From Deltaproteobacteria bacterium (lineage in GTDB: Bacteria; Desulfobacterota; Desulfomonilia; UBA1062), in the NCBI GenBank assembly GCA_018436855.1, contig JAHDKO010000016.1, positions 7,286 to 71,285 on the forward strand: a stretch of DNA of 64,000 nucleotides, given 5' to 3'. How positions within the stretch are numbered: the stretch's first letter is position 1; every line of letters begins with the position of its first letter. Positions 28,780-39,556 of this stretch are shown piece after piece. Made by a program: the position numbers and the translations under genes. Below the pieces are notes generated by a model. That model saw only the letters and a list, made by a program, of their open reading frames with translations, made no database searches and had not been told where the DNA came from.

Positions 28780-29420
28780 ATCAAAATCTCCCTTACTTCC
28801 ATGACCGAACCCACCTGACGCACTACTGCGGGAACATGTTTCACGTTCAACTTGTTAATCAAGAACTCATCCGCATAGAATACGGCTGTTTTGAGATCCT
28901 GTTCGATATCATACCATCCCCCTTGAGTGAGAAGCAGCTTGGTTCGGTAATCTTCCCTATGTTCAAATGTTTTGAACCATTTCACCTGATCCTCGTCTTC
29001 CCCGTTGAGGATGACCAGAATCCCGTCCCACTGAATATAATCCAGAGGATTGAACGTGTACCCTGCAGGATACAAAACACCAATAATATTTCCTGTCTGA
29101 TCCACTTGTGGAATGTCATAGGGGAGTGTGTATGTTAAATCTGGATGAAACACCCTTTCCTCTGTTGCTCTAGGTAGGTTTTTCAAGCCCCTTGGCCGAT
29201 AATTCAACAGAGCTTCCCTGCGCTCTTCAAGGCTCGGCATCTTTATTTGTGCGGCCATTTCCTGCATTTCATCGAGCATATCAGGCTCGATCACCGGATA
29301 TGTTGCGCCAACCACACCAAGATCGATCACCTTCCCCCAGGAAGTGCCATGAATCATGCAAGGAATGAAAAGCATGATCAGGACAGTAATATTAATTAGA
29401 ATATTGCTGATAAAATTCAT
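28764..29420 (-). CDS. traW: TraW (F-type)
   Basis: 218 aa with a signal peptide. Size and position (immediately upstream of traU) match traW. Confidence 0.5.
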   Translation of the reverse strand: MNFISNILINITVLIMLFIPCMIHGTSWGKVIDLGVVGATYPVIEPDMLDEMQEMAAQIKMPSLEERREALLNYRPRGLKNLPRATEERVFHPDLTYTLPYDIPQVDQTGNIIGVLYPAGYTFNPLDYIQWDGILVILNGEDEDQVKWFKTFEHREDYRTKLLLTQGGWYDIEQDLKTAVFYADEFLINKLNVKHVPAVVRQVGSVMEVREILICDQE

Positions 29421-31752
29421 TAATTTTACTCTCCCCCTCCTGTCTCAGATTATTCGTGTCAGGATATACTACGTCATCGAACATGCCCGAAAAATCTATA
29501 CTGTCGAAATCGAGCATTTCGAACTCGCTCGGCTTGAACCCAACACAATTCGGAGCTTTTGGTGAACCCCAAGGCAAGGGGCTTTTCATTAAATCCCGTC
29601 CCTGAGTTTGTACGATGTATCCGAATTCGGAATTATAACAACAGAAAGTCTTAACCCTCTGGAGACATCCACCCCCCAATTTTGCCTTCTTTGAGCAATA
29701 GCTGCCGACTTGGTGGCACTGGTTGTTGGATCTCATATTTGCCAATGTTTGTTCACGATCATTGCAAATGTCATTAAGATTAGACGAAGTGGAACAGCAA
29801 TTATGCCACGTAGTTTTATATCCTGCTTCTCTACAACGGTAGTCATATCCATTAAATAAGTAAATATCTCCGACACAAGAGCCGTCTTCCTCAAACCCTA
29901 TGTCGGTTTTATCAGTGATACCCTCTTCGGTATCATCATCCTCAGTTCCCTCGATAAATACAAAACATTCATTCGGACTACACTGTTTGGTTCCGGTTAT
30001 AGGATTATACATGCATGCGAATTGATCACCGTGAGGACACACGCTCACAACACCCTCGGCAAAACAAACACCCTTACAGCCATCATGCGTTATGGCAGCA
30101 TCAAATTCCCATTCCGGTCCTACAATCGAACAATCAGGGGTTTTCCGGCAAACAGTGCCGGATCGGGTGTAACCGGAGGGGCAAGTTGGTGTGGCTGTAG
30201 TATAACACTCATCACCGTCCAGGGTGTATCCTGAAAAGAAAGAACACGTATAATGTCTTAAATAATGGTTAAGTACTGAACATTTAACTCCACCTACTAT
30301 CGCTACAGACTGACCAACTAAGTTACCAGGACAACTTGACATATCTACTATACCAACTCCAGAATTAATCCCCCATGTGGAATAATTCGAACATTCAGCT
30401 ATCGGATACTCATGTTTTTCCCTACAAAGATAAGCCAGTGCATCCCGATAACAGCGATACGATCCACCCACATTTCTCAGAGTTGTTCCTGATGGACAGG
30501 TATACGATACTGCCCGTTCACAAGCTGCTGACGTACAATTATATGTGTCTCCACTGGCACACTGAGGGGTTCTTACGCATATATTCCGTTCGGCATCATA
30601 GATAGATCCAGGAGGGCAAGACGGATAGGATTCACACAGTTTTGCAATATCGTTGTATGTTGTGCCACTCGGACAATCCACTGATGTTGGTATGGCACAC
30701 TGGTTTATTTCAAGATTGTAAGATCCTAAAGAGCATGCCGGATCTTTAACACATTTTCCTGAAACATAAGCAAACCCCGATGAACATGCAGTTGAATTTA
30801 CATAACAAGCCCCACCACCAGTACACTGAGAACTTGGAATATTGGCGTTGTAGGTATACCCGGAATCACAGGTAGCAGCCCTGTAACAAACAGACCCGGA
30901 TCGAGTGTAACCTGAAGGGCAAGTTGCTGTTGCGGCTATATAACACTCAGTACCGTTTATAGTATATCCACTAGGACATGTTGTGTTTCCATAAACAATC
31001 ATTGTCCAAATCTTACCCTGGAATTCATTGCCGCAGCCATGTCCTATTACTGTTGTTCCTGCTGGTGGTATAGGTGGTGTACCTGGACATATAGTAATAC
31101 CGCTTTGTTGATATCCCCAAGCTGAACAAGTAAAGTCTAACAATAATGTGGCACATTGAGGATTTACAGTTGCATCTCTATAACAACGATACGAACCACC
31201 CACATTTCTCAGAGTTGTTCCTGATGGACAGGTATACGATACTGCCCGTTCACATCTTTTTGTCGAACAGTTGTATGTACTTCCAGAAGCGCAAATAGGC
31301 GATTTTTTACAAATATTTGTCCCGTTCCAGTTATATAAAACAGTTCCACTCGGACAGCTAAATACAGGATTAATCTCGCATTTATCGGTTATGGGATTCA
31401 AGACACTGCCATCACTGCACACTGCATTTGTAGCACAAAGATTGTGTTCCTCAATATAATCAAAACCCGAAGTGCAAGATATTCCGGGATTACTAACGCA
31501 CTTGTTACTGCCTGTATCCAGTACAGCCCCTTCAGGACATCCTATTTCAACCCCGCTACCAAAAGTACAATCCAGAGCATCGACAGGACAAAGATCGCCA
31601 TCCTCGGCCTCGATACAGTACCCGACCTGATCACTGGTTATATCCCCGTCTTCGTTCGGAGCACCAACGCATATGATCGAATCATCCTGAAACGCATACG
31701 TCTGACCAGAAAACAAAAACACCAATAGAATAAATAAACATCTTTTTCTCAT
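29392..31752 (-). CDS. traN: TraN (F-type mating-pair stabilisation adhesin), Cys-rich, with internal duplications
   Basis: Signal peptide (MRKRCLFILLVFLF). More than 60 Cys. Conserved C-terminal CCS...QCHQVGSYCS...CLQRVKTFCCYNS block. A 27-aa stretch CERAVSYTCPSGTTLRNVGGSYRCYRD occurs twice. Confidence 0.7.
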   Translation of the reverse strand: MRKRCLFILLVFLFSGQTYAFQDDSIICVGAPNEDGDITSDQVGYCIEAEDGDLCPVDALDCTFGSGVEIGCPEGAVLDTGSNKCVSNPGISCTSGFDYIEEHNLCATNAVCSDGSVLNPITDKCEINPVFSCPSGTVLYNWNGTNICKKSPICASGSTYNCSTKRCERAVSYTCPSGTTLRNVGGSYRCYRDATVNPQCATLLLDFTCSAWGYQQSGITICPGTPPIPPAGTTVIGHGCGNEFQGKIWTMIVYGNTTCPSGYTINGTECYIAATATCPSGYTRSGSVCYRAATCDSGYTYNANIPSSQCTGGGACYVNSTACSSGFAYVSGKCVKDPACSLGSYNLEINQCAIPTSVDCPSGTTYNDIAKLCESYPSCPPGSIYDAERNICVRTPQCASGDTYNCTSAACERAVSYTCPSGTTLRNVGGSYRCYRDALAYLCREKHEYPIAECSNYSTWGINSGVGIVDMSSCPGNLVGQSVAIVGGVKCSVLNHYLRHYTCSFFSGYTLDGDECYTTATPTCPSGYTRSGTVCRKTPDCSIVGPEWEFDAAITHDGCKGVCFAEGVVSVCPHGDQFACMYNPITGTKQCSPNECFVFIEGTEDDDTEEGITDKTDIGFEEDGSCVGDIYLFNGYDYRCREAGYKTTWHNCCSTSSNLNDICNDREQTLANMRSNNQCHQVGSYCSKKAKLGGGCLQRVKTFCCYNSEFGYIVQTQGRDLMKSPLPWGSPKAPNCVGFKPSEFEMLDFDSIDFSGMFDDVVYPDTNNLRQEGESKINEFYQQYSN

Positions 31753-31763
31753 ACCTGACGCTC

Positions 31764-32195
31764 CTATTTTTTTACCGGAATCATCCCGGCAACCAACTGG
31801 TTTACAAACTCCCTGCATTCAGGTGCGACCTTGCCGTTTCTGACGCACCTGTCCATTATTTCTGCAAGAATCACAGTCTCCGGGGTCTGTGAATATCCCC
31901 AGGCATCATCCTTGCGCTCGGCCAAATACTCCCTGATTTCCTTGGGTAATTCAGAAACATCCATTTCATTGAAATATTCATCCTTCAAATTGCCTGATAA
32001 ATCCTTGTAGTGATCAGCATAATCTTTTATTTTCCCGCCATAACGGGAAAGATTATCAATATGATCACTCGTGGCCGTTCGCACTTTGTCTACACTCCAA
32101 CCGTTGTGTACCGCCCATAAATAGGCTCCAATGCACAGAACGAGAACAATCAGAATGGTGATCGGATCGAAGAAACCTCTATTGTTTGCGCTCAT
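31764..32195 (-). CDS. small membrane-anchored protein, hypothetical (TrbI-like position)
   Basis: 143 aa with an N-terminal TM helix. Confidence 0.35.
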   Translation of the reverse strand: MSANNRGFFDPITILIVLVLCIGAYLWAVHNGWSVDKVRTATSDHIDNLSRYGGKIKDYADHYKDLSGNLKDEYFNEMDVSELPKEIREYLAERKDDAWGYSQTPETVILAEIMDRCVRNGKVAPECREFVNQLVAGMIPVKK

Positions 32196-32199
32196 ACAT

Positions 32200-32243
32200 G
32201 TATTATTCTTTGGGCGGGAAATAAAACGGGAACAAAAAAAATG
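32200..32243 (-). promoter_or_regulatory. Conserved element A, copy 4 (5 nt from the start codon)
   Basis: tgtattattctttgggcgggaaataaaacgggaacaaaaaaaatg. Confidence 0.5.
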
Positions 32244-32321
32244 CCCCCTTTTGGGGAGGGGGCAAAAAGAGAAGATACGTGGTACGTGGTGAAACTATCT
32301 ATCATTTATTCTTGTTAAAAA

Positions 32322-34517
32322 CTAATCATCCGAACAAATCATGTCCTGACTTACTTCTTTTGCAAGGCTCAATCCGGTTACTGCCTCGGCAAAATTCGTT
32401 GTGCAAACACAGCCGCTTATCTGTGATTCCCCCTCTTCCAGGGGACAGGAATAAGAGCCATCCTGCATAAGCCTGCAAGGTTTGGAATATTTCGATACGG
32501 AAGATGTCTCAGCAAGATACTCCCCCTGCTGAGTAACCGCATTCGCGTTTGTTTTGAGGGTTTCAGCCTGAACCCGGCACTGATACTCGCAATCGCCGTA
32601 GCTTTTGCCTAAAATAACGTCTATTGAAGATCCTCCCATAACTGTATCGCTGAAGGTGGCATAAGCCATATTACCACTTGCGGAAAAAGTATCTTCGATC
32701 AATGCGTCCCTGGAAAGCATACCGGAATAATCATACTCGTTTCCGGTATTACAAGAATAGGTGCGCTTGACTTGCCATGCATCGACATTATTTGCGAGTA
32801 TTTCCGTGTTCCCGGTCTGTTGGTTCCTTGAAGTAATACTTCCTGTCTGATCCCAACACACATCGTATGTAGTCATCTCGCTTGATACGGTCTTGCACGT
32901 TTCGAGAGGGCTCAGGCCGGTACGATGCCCGTTGATCATTGTCTTAACACAGTTCCCTTGAACATCGCACAATTCCTCGTAAGTCAGAGTACACCCGTCC
33001 TTGTCCATTGATTTACAGGTGTCCACCGAGGACACATGACTATGGTCGGTGCCGATCTGCTCCGCGCCCTCGTGTGCCAAGTTGCAGTAATAATTATCGA
33101 CATAACCGGCCCAGAATTCCTTCCAGGTACAAACCAACGCGCCTGTGTTTTTTCCAATCATTGTAACAAAAGGATACTGGTCAACTCCCACTATTGACGT
33201 TCCGTTAGGTTTTAATCCTTCGGGACATTGAGAGCCAGTTCTGATCCCATAACTATCCCTCGCATAACATGTAGGAGGTTCCAAGGAATATCCATATGTT
33301 CCAGCTAATGACCAAGTACCACTACAACTTTGCTGTGTTGCTCCATTTGGATTACATGCCGGTGGAAAATTATCTCTTCCACCACCATACCACTCTCCAT
33401 ATACTCCTGTGCTGCATTGGTCATAAGCCCTAGCGCACAAATAGCTCACTCTCGATGATGTTAATTTTGTTTCCTCATGATAGGTATAACAGGTAATATG
33501 ACAAGACCACATTGTCGAATAATTAACATCATACCTTACAGTGCATGTTTTCTGCTCACTCCCGGTATCAGCCTGTTGCGTCAATGCCCACAATGAGCTA
33601 GAATCCCCTGACTGCCCGGTAAGCTCGTTGTCTCCCGCTACCACAAGAAGATCCGGGGAGGAATAATACTGTTCCGGGTTATCAATGCCTGAGCGGAAAT
33701 CATAGTTCAATTCCGATGTATCAATGTTTTTCGCGCCTGCACCGTCCGTTTTAATGCCGTAATAGGTAATCCTCATATTAGCCGCATCAGTGTTTGCGCG
33801 TTTTATTACAAGTTGAGCATCCGCTTTCTGAATGGCGAGAGCTATACCATCCCCGATGGCCTTGAGGATGGCATCGGTATTATTCCAGACAAGCATGGTG
33901 CCACAGCTATTGTTGATGCAGTAGCATCCTCCGACCTGGGTAGACGCAACCGAGTTTGCAGACACATTCAAATTATTATCAGCCGACCAAGAATAATATA
34001 AACAATTATTCCAGGTTCCGGCATCACAGGAAATAAACCCGTCAGAGCAAATCCCGGATACGTTTGTGGAAAACTGCTTGTTTTTGTCAAAGGTTCCGTC
34101 GAGATCACTGTCTAACCTGACAAACAGGGGATAAATATCACCCCCACCAGAAGGAGCAATGGTTATCTCAAGAAATGCCTCGCCCTGGTTGCTACTATTG
34201 AATACTCCTGAAACACTAAAACCCTTGACACAGATTTCAGGGCAAACCTGATTACAGGTGTTGGGGTCTTTGAAGGATTTCCCGGTAGAAGGACATTGGT
34301 ATGTTGACTTGGCATCATCCAACGGCATCAGCATGGTTCCATTCATGATAGGGTCGGTGAGATTCATGGTAATCCCCCCCGGTGATCCCCACTTGTTCAC
34401 AGCCTTAAAACCAAGCTCGTTCGCAGCCTGTTCCCCGGCAGCGATTTTATCACTCGCGTAGCAAAACATGGGTAATGCCATACAAACCAGGACTATGATC
34501 AATGCTCTCACACGCAT
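32322..34517 (-). CDS. Large Cys-rich secreted protein (731 aa), possible second adhesin or TraN-like protein
   Basis: Signal peptide MRVRALIIVLVCMALPMFCYA. More than 40 Cys. Sits between traC and traN. Confidence 0.45.
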   Translation of the reverse strand: MRVRALIIVLVCMALPMFCYASDKIAAGEQAANELGFKAVNKWGSPGGITMNLTDPIMNGTMLMPLDDAKSTYQCPSTGKSFKDPNTCNQVCPEICVKGFSVSGVFNSSNQGEAFLEITIAPSGGGDIYPLFVRLDSDLDGTFDKNKQFSTNVSGICSDGFISCDAGTWNNCLYYSWSADNNLNVSANSVASTQVGGCYCINNSCGTMLVWNNTDAILKAIGDGIALAIQKADAQLVIKRANTDAANMRITYYGIKTDGAGAKNIDTSELNYDFRSGIDNPEQYYSSPDLLVVAGDNELTGQSGDSSSLWALTQQADTGSEQKTCTVRYDVNYSTMWSCHITCYTYHEETKLTSSRVSYLCARAYDQCSTGVYGEWYGGGRDNFPPACNPNGATQQSCSGTWSLAGTYGYSLEPPTCYARDSYGIRTGSQCPEGLKPNGTSIVGVDQYPFVTMIGKNTGALVCTWKEFWAGYVDNYYCNLAHEGAEQIGTDHSHVSSVDTCKSMDKDGCTLTYEELCDVQGNCVKTMINGHRTGLSPLETCKTVSSEMTTYDVCWDQTGSITSRNQQTGNTEILANNVDAWQVKRTYSCNTGNEYDYSGMLSRDALIEDTFSASGNMAYATFSDTVMGGSSIDVILGKSYGDCEYQCRVQAETLKTNANAVTQQGEYLAETSSVSKYSKPCRLMQDGSYSCPLEEGESQISGCVCTTNFAEAVTGLSLAKEVSQDMICSDD

Positions 34518-34540
34518 GAACTACCTCCATTAATGTGGTT

Positions 34541-37015
34541 CTAGGCTTTATGGGCCATTGCATCTTTGCGTTTCTTCGCAAGTATCCCTATTGCCTCGTC
34601 ATATGAATGGCCTTCATCAACAAGTTTATTCAATTTAGCGATATCGTTCGGATCGGACGTATAAAGGTAGTAACTATACGGGTCAACCACCAGCCTCGCC
34701 ACTCCGCTTCCTCCTGGAGTTTCCATAAAAATTTCCGAGTAATTGCCTTTCCGGGATCGAACGCTTTCCAGAATTTTTGTGACAAACTGGTTATATGCGA
34801 GAATCTTGTTTTCTACCGCCCATCCATAATCATGTGAAGCCAGAAGGAACTTGAATGCTGAGTTGCCAAGAATCGCATCCCCGACTCTTCCGAACCCCTG
34901 GAAGTCTTTGATTGACTGCGTAATCGTCACCACCGATCCGTTATATTTTCTAGCCCTGCGGTATGCTTCCTCAATAACTTTTCGCAACATTGCTCCCTGG
35001 GCTGTCTCGTCACCGTTCAAAAACTGCCAGGACTCATCGAAAACAACAACTTTTTTTATAGCGCGATCCGACAGATAGAGGTCCTGGGTCATATAGTTCA
35101 TGAGCTGCAAGATCACGACATTGAACAGTTCCTTGATAGGCTTCAGTTCTTCCAGTTCCAGAACAACAAGTTTATCCTGAGCGATATTGAGCGTTGCGGG
35201 ACCGGAGAACCAGCGGCCATAAACACCGTTCTTGGTAAAATCCTGCATATTGAACGCAAGCTGACGAGCCAGGACAATGGTTTCGTCATTCAGATTCTCG
35301 GTTATACTGGCAAGATACTGAAAAACATCGTCTATTTCAGCGTTCTGCCCGTTCTTATCCCATGCCGCACGACACGCGCTCTTGATCAGTGTCATTTCAG
35401 TTTCCGAGGGCTCAGTGTCCGTGGATGAGAAAATCATCTCCGAAACAATGGTGGACAGAACAGGAAGCTCGGAATCGATGTCTTCAATATGCGTAAACGG
35501 ATTCAGACAAATCCCGGAATCCTGCTTGAACGATATGTATCGCCCTCCAACCACTTTGCACAGTTTCTCATATGATCCACCAACGTCGATGATTCTGATC
35601 GCCGCGCCCGATGCCAGATAGTTCGTTACCAAGTAATTCATCAGAAACGATTTTCCCGATCCCGATTCAGCCGCAATCACGAGGTTCTGATTATTTGCGC
35701 TCTTGTCAAAAAGATCAACACCGACAATCTGCCCTTTTCTTCCCAAGAACATCAGCACCGGACTTGATGTACCCCTGAAATCACCCTGAACAGGCAGGAA
35801 CTTCACCGCTGAACTTGCGTCACAGATCATGTCCCGACCAATCATTTCGACATTATCGCCCACGTTATATAGTCCGAAGGGAAGACTAGCGAGAAACATA
35901 ACATCAAGAAGCCCTTTCTCTTCCTGCATCACGGCTCCCTTGGACTCCCAAAGTCTTCGCGTCCGCGCAAATGCCTGTCCTGCCTCGTCATCATCCTTCG
36001 ATATGATCCACATCGTAGGAATCACGCGCACAAAAGCTGTTCCCTTCTCGATCTCATCAACTGCCCACAGGTACTCGCTCTGTTTCCGCGCCAGTGTCGG
36101 AGCAAGAGATCCCGCAAACTCCTGCTGTAGCAAGAAGTTGCATTTTGCATGAAGTTTCGGCTTGATCTTTTTATCGATCACAATATTCACGCACAACAGA
36201 AATGGAACCTGAATCTGATTGGTGTCAGAGCGCATACCCCAGATATCTCCACAAACATAATTCATGAACAAAACATTCAATTCTGTGGGCATTTTTTTGG
36301 GAGACAGGCATTTTAATGTTTTTTCGCCAACCTTCAGGTTACTCCAATTGTTTGTTATGGGCGTATCTCCCAAAACGATCTGATCCTTGATCTCCCGAGA
36401 ATCATCATACATATCTGAAACCTCATGGAAATCACGGTCATTGATCAGCTCGGCCATTGTTCTGATAAGCTCTTCTGGCTCAACAAAAGACGGGAACAAC
36501 TGACATCCTTTTAAAATCTCGGCAACAGCATCCCGAAGATCCCTTGGATTGGTTTTGATGGCGTGTTTTCTGTCGAATTTCATTGTGACGAACAGCCGGA
36601 AATTGCGAACAGGTATTCCCTGACACTGAGGAAGACCATCATGAGCCTCCTGGTAAAACTCTGCAGTACCCTCGATAACACCTCTCAGTAACATGTTACG
36701 CCTTGTTGCTGCCTTATCCGTTTTATAAGCATCGAGCATGTGCTTATAGTGAGAATCCGCATAGAGGATAAACTGCAAACAAGTTCCCTCGGGAAGTCCC
36801 ATATTCAGCATCCCTTCAAGCATTTCAAAGGTATCGTTGCCGGCATAAATAAGGGGGGAACACTCCCACAAATACCCAACCGTATCGTCCTGGTTGAAAT
36901 ATAATTTGGTTTCAGGATCATATGCGACATACGGCAAAAACCGGCTGAACCGATGCCGTTTCACCATTGTCTTCATCCTGACCTTGGATAATCTGCTAAC
37001 GACATTGCCCAACAT
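34541..37015 (-). CDS. traC: TraC (VirB4-family ATPase)
   Basis: 824 aa. N-terminal SRFLPYVAYD is similar to F TraC. Walker A AAESGSGKSF and Walker B region VVVFDESW. Confidence 0.9.
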   Translation of the reverse strand: MLGNVVSRLSKVRMKTMVKRHRFSRFLPYVAYDPETKLYFNQDDTVGYLWECSPLIYAGNDTFEMLEGMLNMGLPEGTCLQFILYADSHYKHMLDAYKTDKAATRRNMLLRGVIEGTAEFYQEAHDGLPQCQGIPVRNFRLFVTMKFDRKHAIKTNPRDLRDAVAEILKGCQLFPSFVEPEELIRTMAELINDRDFHEVSDMYDDSREIKDQIVLGDTPITNNWSNLKVGEKTLKCLSPKKMPTELNVLFMNYVCGDIWGMRSDTNQIQVPFLLCVNIVIDKKIKPKLHAKCNFLLQQEFAGSLAPTLARKQSEYLWAVDEIEKGTAFVRVIPTMWIISKDDDEAGQAFARTRRLWESKGAVMQEEKGLLDVMFLASLPFGLYNVGDNVEMIGRDMICDASSAVKFLPVQGDFRGTSSPVLMFLGRKGQIVGVDLFDKSANNQNLVIAAESGSGKSFLMNYLVTNYLASGAAIRIIDVGGSYEKLCKVVGGRYISFKQDSGICLNPFTHIEDIDSELPVLSTIVSEMIFSSTDTEPSETEMTLIKSACRAAWDKNGQNAEIDDVFQYLASITENLNDETIVLARQLAFNMQDFTKNGVYGRWFSGPATLNIAQDKLVVLELEELKPIKELFNVVILQLMNYMTQDLYLSDRAIKKVVVFDESWQFLNGDETAQGAMLRKVIEEAYRRARKYNGSVVTITQSIKDFQGFGRVGDAILGNSAFKFLLASHDYGWAVENKILAYNQFVTKILESVRSRKGNYSEIFMETPGGSGVARLVVDPYSYYLYTSDPNDIAKLNKLVDEGHSYDEAIGILAKKRKDAMAHKA

Positions 37016-37510
37016 TTACATACCTCCAGGGTTTTTTCTACTTCTGTCAAAAGTCCCGTAAACCCACTTGGGCGATCCATCCATGAAATAAACATATCGC
37101 CAGCCATAAAACTGGTTATCCTCCCCGGTGTAACTCAGGAGTAATATTCTCACGACATTCGGAGGTGCAATTATCGGAGTTTCCGGCTCTTCGATCAGTG
37201 CGGTCAACTCCCTGAAAAGATTTTTCTGATACACGCTTTCCGGGGCTCCGCTCTGACCATTCATTCCCTCATGAACCTTGCCGTTCGCAGAGGACTTGTC
37301 CACCTTCTCACATTTGCCGTCCTTGCAAAGCTCCAGATTTGTTTCGTCCTCGCCCGACAGGCTCCGTTTGTACGCCTCGGTAGTGCTGACACACGCCCCC
37401 TTATTTGTCTCAGGGCAGCTAAACTCGCTGTTGTACGGATTGAAAATTGCCGCGCACCCGGAAATAGATACGCAAAAGCCAATAATTGCGATTAATTTAA
37501 TGTATTTCAT
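37016..37510 (-). CDS. traV: TraV-like outer-membrane lipoprotein
   Basis: Lipobox ISGCAA. 164 aa. Position between traB and traC. Confidence 0.55.
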   Translation of the reverse strand: MKYIKLIAIIGFCVSISGCAAIFNPYNSEFSCPETNKGACVSTTEAYKRSLSGEDETNLELCKDGKCEKVDKSSANGKVHEGMNGQSGAPESVYQKNLFRELTALIEEPETPIIAPPNVVRILLLSYTGEDNQFYGWRYVYFMDGSPKWVYGTFDRSRKNPGGM

Positions 37511-37521
37511 TTCTCCCCCTC

Positions 37522-38760
37522 CTAAATCTCACCGATTGTGTTGTCGAGATCCTTGATCGAAAGCTCCACTCCCTTGGAAATGATCATCTCAACCTTCTTA
37601 GCTGATCCAATCTCGATTCCCGGCACCGCCTGGGATGCCAACTCAAGATAAAATTTCCGAAGATCATCGGCCATCGTGGAGACACCCCCTCCGACACCAG
37701 CACGAATAAGATTGTTCGTATCAGTATCGGTCCATAACTCGGTCGTGCCATAAGCACCGCTGGAAACAGTTGTGGATGCTTCCTGAAATGCATCTCCAAC
37801 ACCGCCAAAGAATCCAGCCAAGGCCGATCTTGCCAGCGTAGAAGCCAAGTTGGGAGCGACAACATTACCCTTCAGCCCGACCTTGCCGTCCTCGTCCTGT
37901 AAGAATCCATTGATCGGCTGATCAATCACGGCTGTTCCGTTCGACGCTATGCAGGACAGTGTAGTCAGTCGTACATGAACCCGCTCATCCCCCAGATTCC
38001 CATGCCCTTCCGCAATAACGAAGCAGCCTTTGAGATTTGCCTTCACACTGTTTGGTAGAACAGCAAGGTCTTTGATTCTCAGAAGAAGAGGTACAGGATT
38101 ATTGGCACCCGAAGATGTCGTTGGAGCTATAGCCCCGGTCAAAAGAGTTGCCTTCATAAAAGAAGGGGGCAAATACACGCTCGGCTTTTTTTTTGAGGCA
38201 TCATCCTTGGGTTCATTGCTTACCGCAACGCTTACGATTCCAATTCCACCAACAACTTTCTTCTGTACCACCTCGGGAACAAAAGTCTTTTCACCCTGCA
38301 CACTGGAAAATCTCGGAGGATTCTTACCCTGCGCGTTCGCTTCTGCCAGCGGAATAGGAGGGGGAGGAAATGGCAAAGAAACAGTATCATCCTTTTTCTT
38401 TCCATCAGAACCATTCCCCTTGTCCTGATCCTTCGCCTGTGCCTTGGCCTGCGTTTCCTGGGCCTTAACGACCTTATTAAGCTCTGCCCGGAGTGCCGCA
38501 AGCTCGTCGTTCTGTTTTCCAATCTGCTCTCTGGTTTGCGCGAATAAGGTTTTCTCCGTATTCTTCGCGTCAAGGCTGATTTTGGAATATGTCTTTTCCC
38601 CATTCTTTTTGGAAGGAGTATTGCCATCGTGAGTAACTTTGTATCCCCACAATCCCAGAATGATTACCAGTGAGATCACACCTACCACAGCAATCTTGCG
38701 CTGGTTATCGGGGTCCATCTTGCTCCAGAATGTTTTTATCTTGTCCCAAAACGTACCCAT
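37522..38760 (-). CDS. traB: TraB (VirB10 homologue)
   Basis: N-terminal TM helix, Pro-rich linker (PFPPPPIPL) and a C-terminal beta-rich domain. 412 aa. Confidence 0.65.
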   Translation of the reverse strand: MGTFWDKIKTFWSKMDPDNQRKIAVVGVISLVIILGLWGYKVTHDGNTPSKKNGEKTYSKISLDAKNTEKTLFAQTREQIGKQNDELAALRAELNKVVKAQETQAKAQAKDQDKGNGSDGKKKDDTVSLPFPPPPIPLAEANAQGKNPPRFSSVQGEKTFVPEVVQKKVVGGIGIVSVAVSNEPKDDASKKKPSVYLPPSFMKATLLTGAIAPTTSSGANNPVPLLLRIKDLAVLPNSVKANLKGCFVIAEGHGNLGDERVHVRLTTLSCIASNGTAVIDQPINGFLQDEDGKVGLKGNVVAPNLASTLARSALAGFFGGVGDAFQEASTTVSSGAYGTTELWTDTDTNNLIRAGVGGGVSTMADDLRKFYLELASQAVPGIEIGSAKKVEMIISKGVELSIKDLDNTIGEI

Positions 38761-38761
38761 C

Positions 38762-39556
38762 TTAATTTTCCTCCCCTGCCACTTTTACAATGAATAACCG
38801 GGCAATCTGATTCTTGGTTATCATGTGTCTATCAAGTGAAATCGCAACAGGCTTGTTCACCAGAGATGTGATAAGAAAATCCTTCTCGGATAGCTCACGC
38901 TTACCATTGCCAACCAGGGTCACATGATATTCCATGAGCGTGATACCTTCTCCTGGAATGTAAATATCCCTGGTTGCAGTTACCCGATAAACACCATCGA
39001 TCTCATGAACCTTGCTGTCCTTGTGCTTCTTGACCTCATAACGATACGGTATATTATTCTGGTAAACGCTCTTGATCAGCGATGTCACCTTTTTTTCGAA
39101 CGGAACCCCGCTGAATATTTCCAGGTTTTCCTTGATCCGGTCCTTCTTTGATTCCAAATAAATTGTTTGTGCCGGAACCTTCAAAGGTACGGCGATTATC
39201 GTATAGACGGAATTATCAGCGCAGATAATATAAAACTCTGTCGGTATATTGGCATATTCCCGCTCCTGAGTAGTTGGGTCTTCCGCTGAATAAAACTTGA
39301 TAAATGCATTCTTTCCGTCAACCTTGACCATGACACCCTTTTCCTCGGAGTACACCACGTCCTTGATCTGCCCACCCGTGGATACAACACGATTCGTGTC
39401 CATGCTCGACATGGTGACTCTCGTCACTATTTCGGGTTTTACGGTCGTTGTATGATTGCCCTCAATCTCCTTTGCCCATACACCGTGATGGCAGGAGATC
39501 ATAAAGACAATGATGAACATTATAAGAGAAACAACCTTTACGATCCTATTCAACAT
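38762..39556 (-). CDS. traK: TraK (VirB9-like)
   Basis: Signal peptide. 264 aa. Position between traE and traB. Confidence 0.55.
   Translation of the reverse strand: MLNRIVKVVSLIMFIIVFMISCHHGVWAKEIEGNHTTTVKPEIVTRVTMSSMDTNRVVSTGGQIKDVVYSEEKGVMVKVDGKNAFIKFYSAEDPTTQEREYANIPTEFYIICADNSVYTIIAVPLKVPAQTIYLESKKDRIKENLEIFSGVPFEKKVTSLIKSVYQNNIPYRYEVKKHKDSKVHEIDGVYRVTATRDIYIPGEGITLMEYHVTLVGNGKRELSEKDFLITSLVNKPVAISLDRHMITKNQIARLFIVKVAGEEN

Noticed and set aside
31764-32200. Alternative start ATG at 32200 for gene 31764..32195
   Set aside because: It is in a different frame from the annotated ORF (offset 4 nt).
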